Assembly: GCA_016748015.1 (NCBI GenBank)
Contig: JAAOMT010000420.1
Location: forward strand, 124,001 to 188,000
Direction of reading: 5' to 3'
Origin: Geosiphon pyriformis uo1
Taxonomy: Eukaryota; Fungi; Glomeromycota
Length of the DNA stretch: 64,000 nucleotides
The notes under the pieces were generated by a model, which had not been told where the DNA came from, ran no database searches, and worked only from the letters and a program-made list of their open reading frames with translations. The translations under genes were made by a program, and so were the position numbers. Positions 62,956-64,000 of the stretch are shown in pieces. Position 1 is the first letter of the stretch. Every line of letters begins with the position of its first letter.

Positions 62956-63615
62956 ATGGTTGATGCGACAAAAGATACCAGAAAAATGGAGATTACCGAC
63001 AACATCCATTCATTAGCACAACAAATTTTTCAATTAATCCAATACCAGGAGATGGAAATTACAATCAATTAACAAACCATTTGATACAAAAGTACTACAA
63101 GGAGATCACAACACAAAGCACAGAGAAAACTCAAAAATGTTGTTAACAGGATTATAATCAAGGTAAAATTGGCCATAAAAGAACAACAAATAGTCGGATT
63201 ACACCAAGAACTTACCAAAGAAACTTGGACTTGGTGAATGCAACAATTTCTGAAAAACTATTGCCATTTCCACTTGGGACAACATGTAAATATCCAAAAT
63301 TTGTACACCAATAAAACAAAATGGTTATTTGATACAACAATACTGAGACAACTAGAACAATTTGTGGGAAAGAACAATCTAACCACACAAGCTCGAGCCA
63401 TTTATTAGCTATACATGGGATTTTAAGACCAACCAGAAATCTTACTCAACACAGCAATAGATACACTTACGAGTAATCAATTGGGAAAAATGACCAATGC
63501 CCAATTTGAAGAACTACAAATTCAAATAACACAAGTAATACTCAAAAAAGAAGTTCAAAAAATAATTTAAGAGGAAGAATTAAAGGAATTAGATTTTGAC
63601 AGAGCTCAATATTAA
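62956..63615 (+). pseudogene. ORF3 of D
   Basis: MEITDNIHSLAQQIFQL...LDFDRAQY*. Confidence 0.8.
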
Positions 63616-63628
63616 AAAGAGGGAATAA

Positions 63629-64000
63629 TGTTACTTATAGAATATAGGAAGTATAGTATTATTAGTCAGTAGATATTAGCCAATTAGAAGTAGACACAGT
63701 AAATATGGAATTCCAAGATTCCTTTCAGAAAAATTGCAGAATTCCAGGAATTTCAGGATTCTCTGGCAAGGAATCACAGGATTCCAGAATTGCAGGATTC
63801 CTCTCATCAGGAATTGCAGGATTCCAGAAATTCCAGGATTTCTGTCACAAGGAATTGAATCTCAAATATGTATATATAATAGTAGTGTTAGAAGTAGAAA
63901 AGACAGAATTGATACAACAGAATTCTTAGCCTAGAAACACAATCATCTAATAAATAATTATTCCATATTACCAAACCTCTTTTCATTATCAACATCTCAT
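63629..64000 (+). repeat. 3' LTR of D (partial)
   Basis: Follows the PPT at 63614-63628; matches 43735 onward. Confidence 0.93.

Larger units (their letters stand above)
43735..64000 (+). mobile_element. LTR retrotransposon D (family 1), interrupted by E in its protease; 3' LTR runs off the window
   Basis: CCAG|TGTTAC at 43731-43740; 5' LTR 43735-44502; 3' LTR from 63629; halves rejoin as att acc gct gat gga (ITADG). Confidence 0.95.

Overview
The window contains no host genes. It is a nest of decayed retroelements, probably from a fungus (resemblance to Glomeromycotina/Geosiphon repeat proteins is from memory and unverified). There are three LINEs (APE-RT-RNase H, with RRM/CCHC ORF1), two orphan LINE tails and two extremely AT-rich spacers. 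Six insertions of two related Ty3/Gypsy-like LTR families are nested as LINE-1<-A<-B, LINE-1<-C and LINE-3<-D<-E<-solo LTR F. All coding regions are broken by C>T/G>A transitions. Comparing copies gives an unusual architecture shared by both LTR families: a Gag that appears to start at GUG; one Gag-PR-[three Cys-rich Zn clusters]-dUTPase-pseudo-dUTPase-RT-RNase H ORF ending at a conserved stop; a separately encoded GIN1/Ginger1-like integrase with its own ATG; and an unknown ORF3 before the PPT. Termini are TGTTAC...GTAACA, and every visible junction sits on a CC(A/G)(G/C)-type 4-mer (4-bp TSD).
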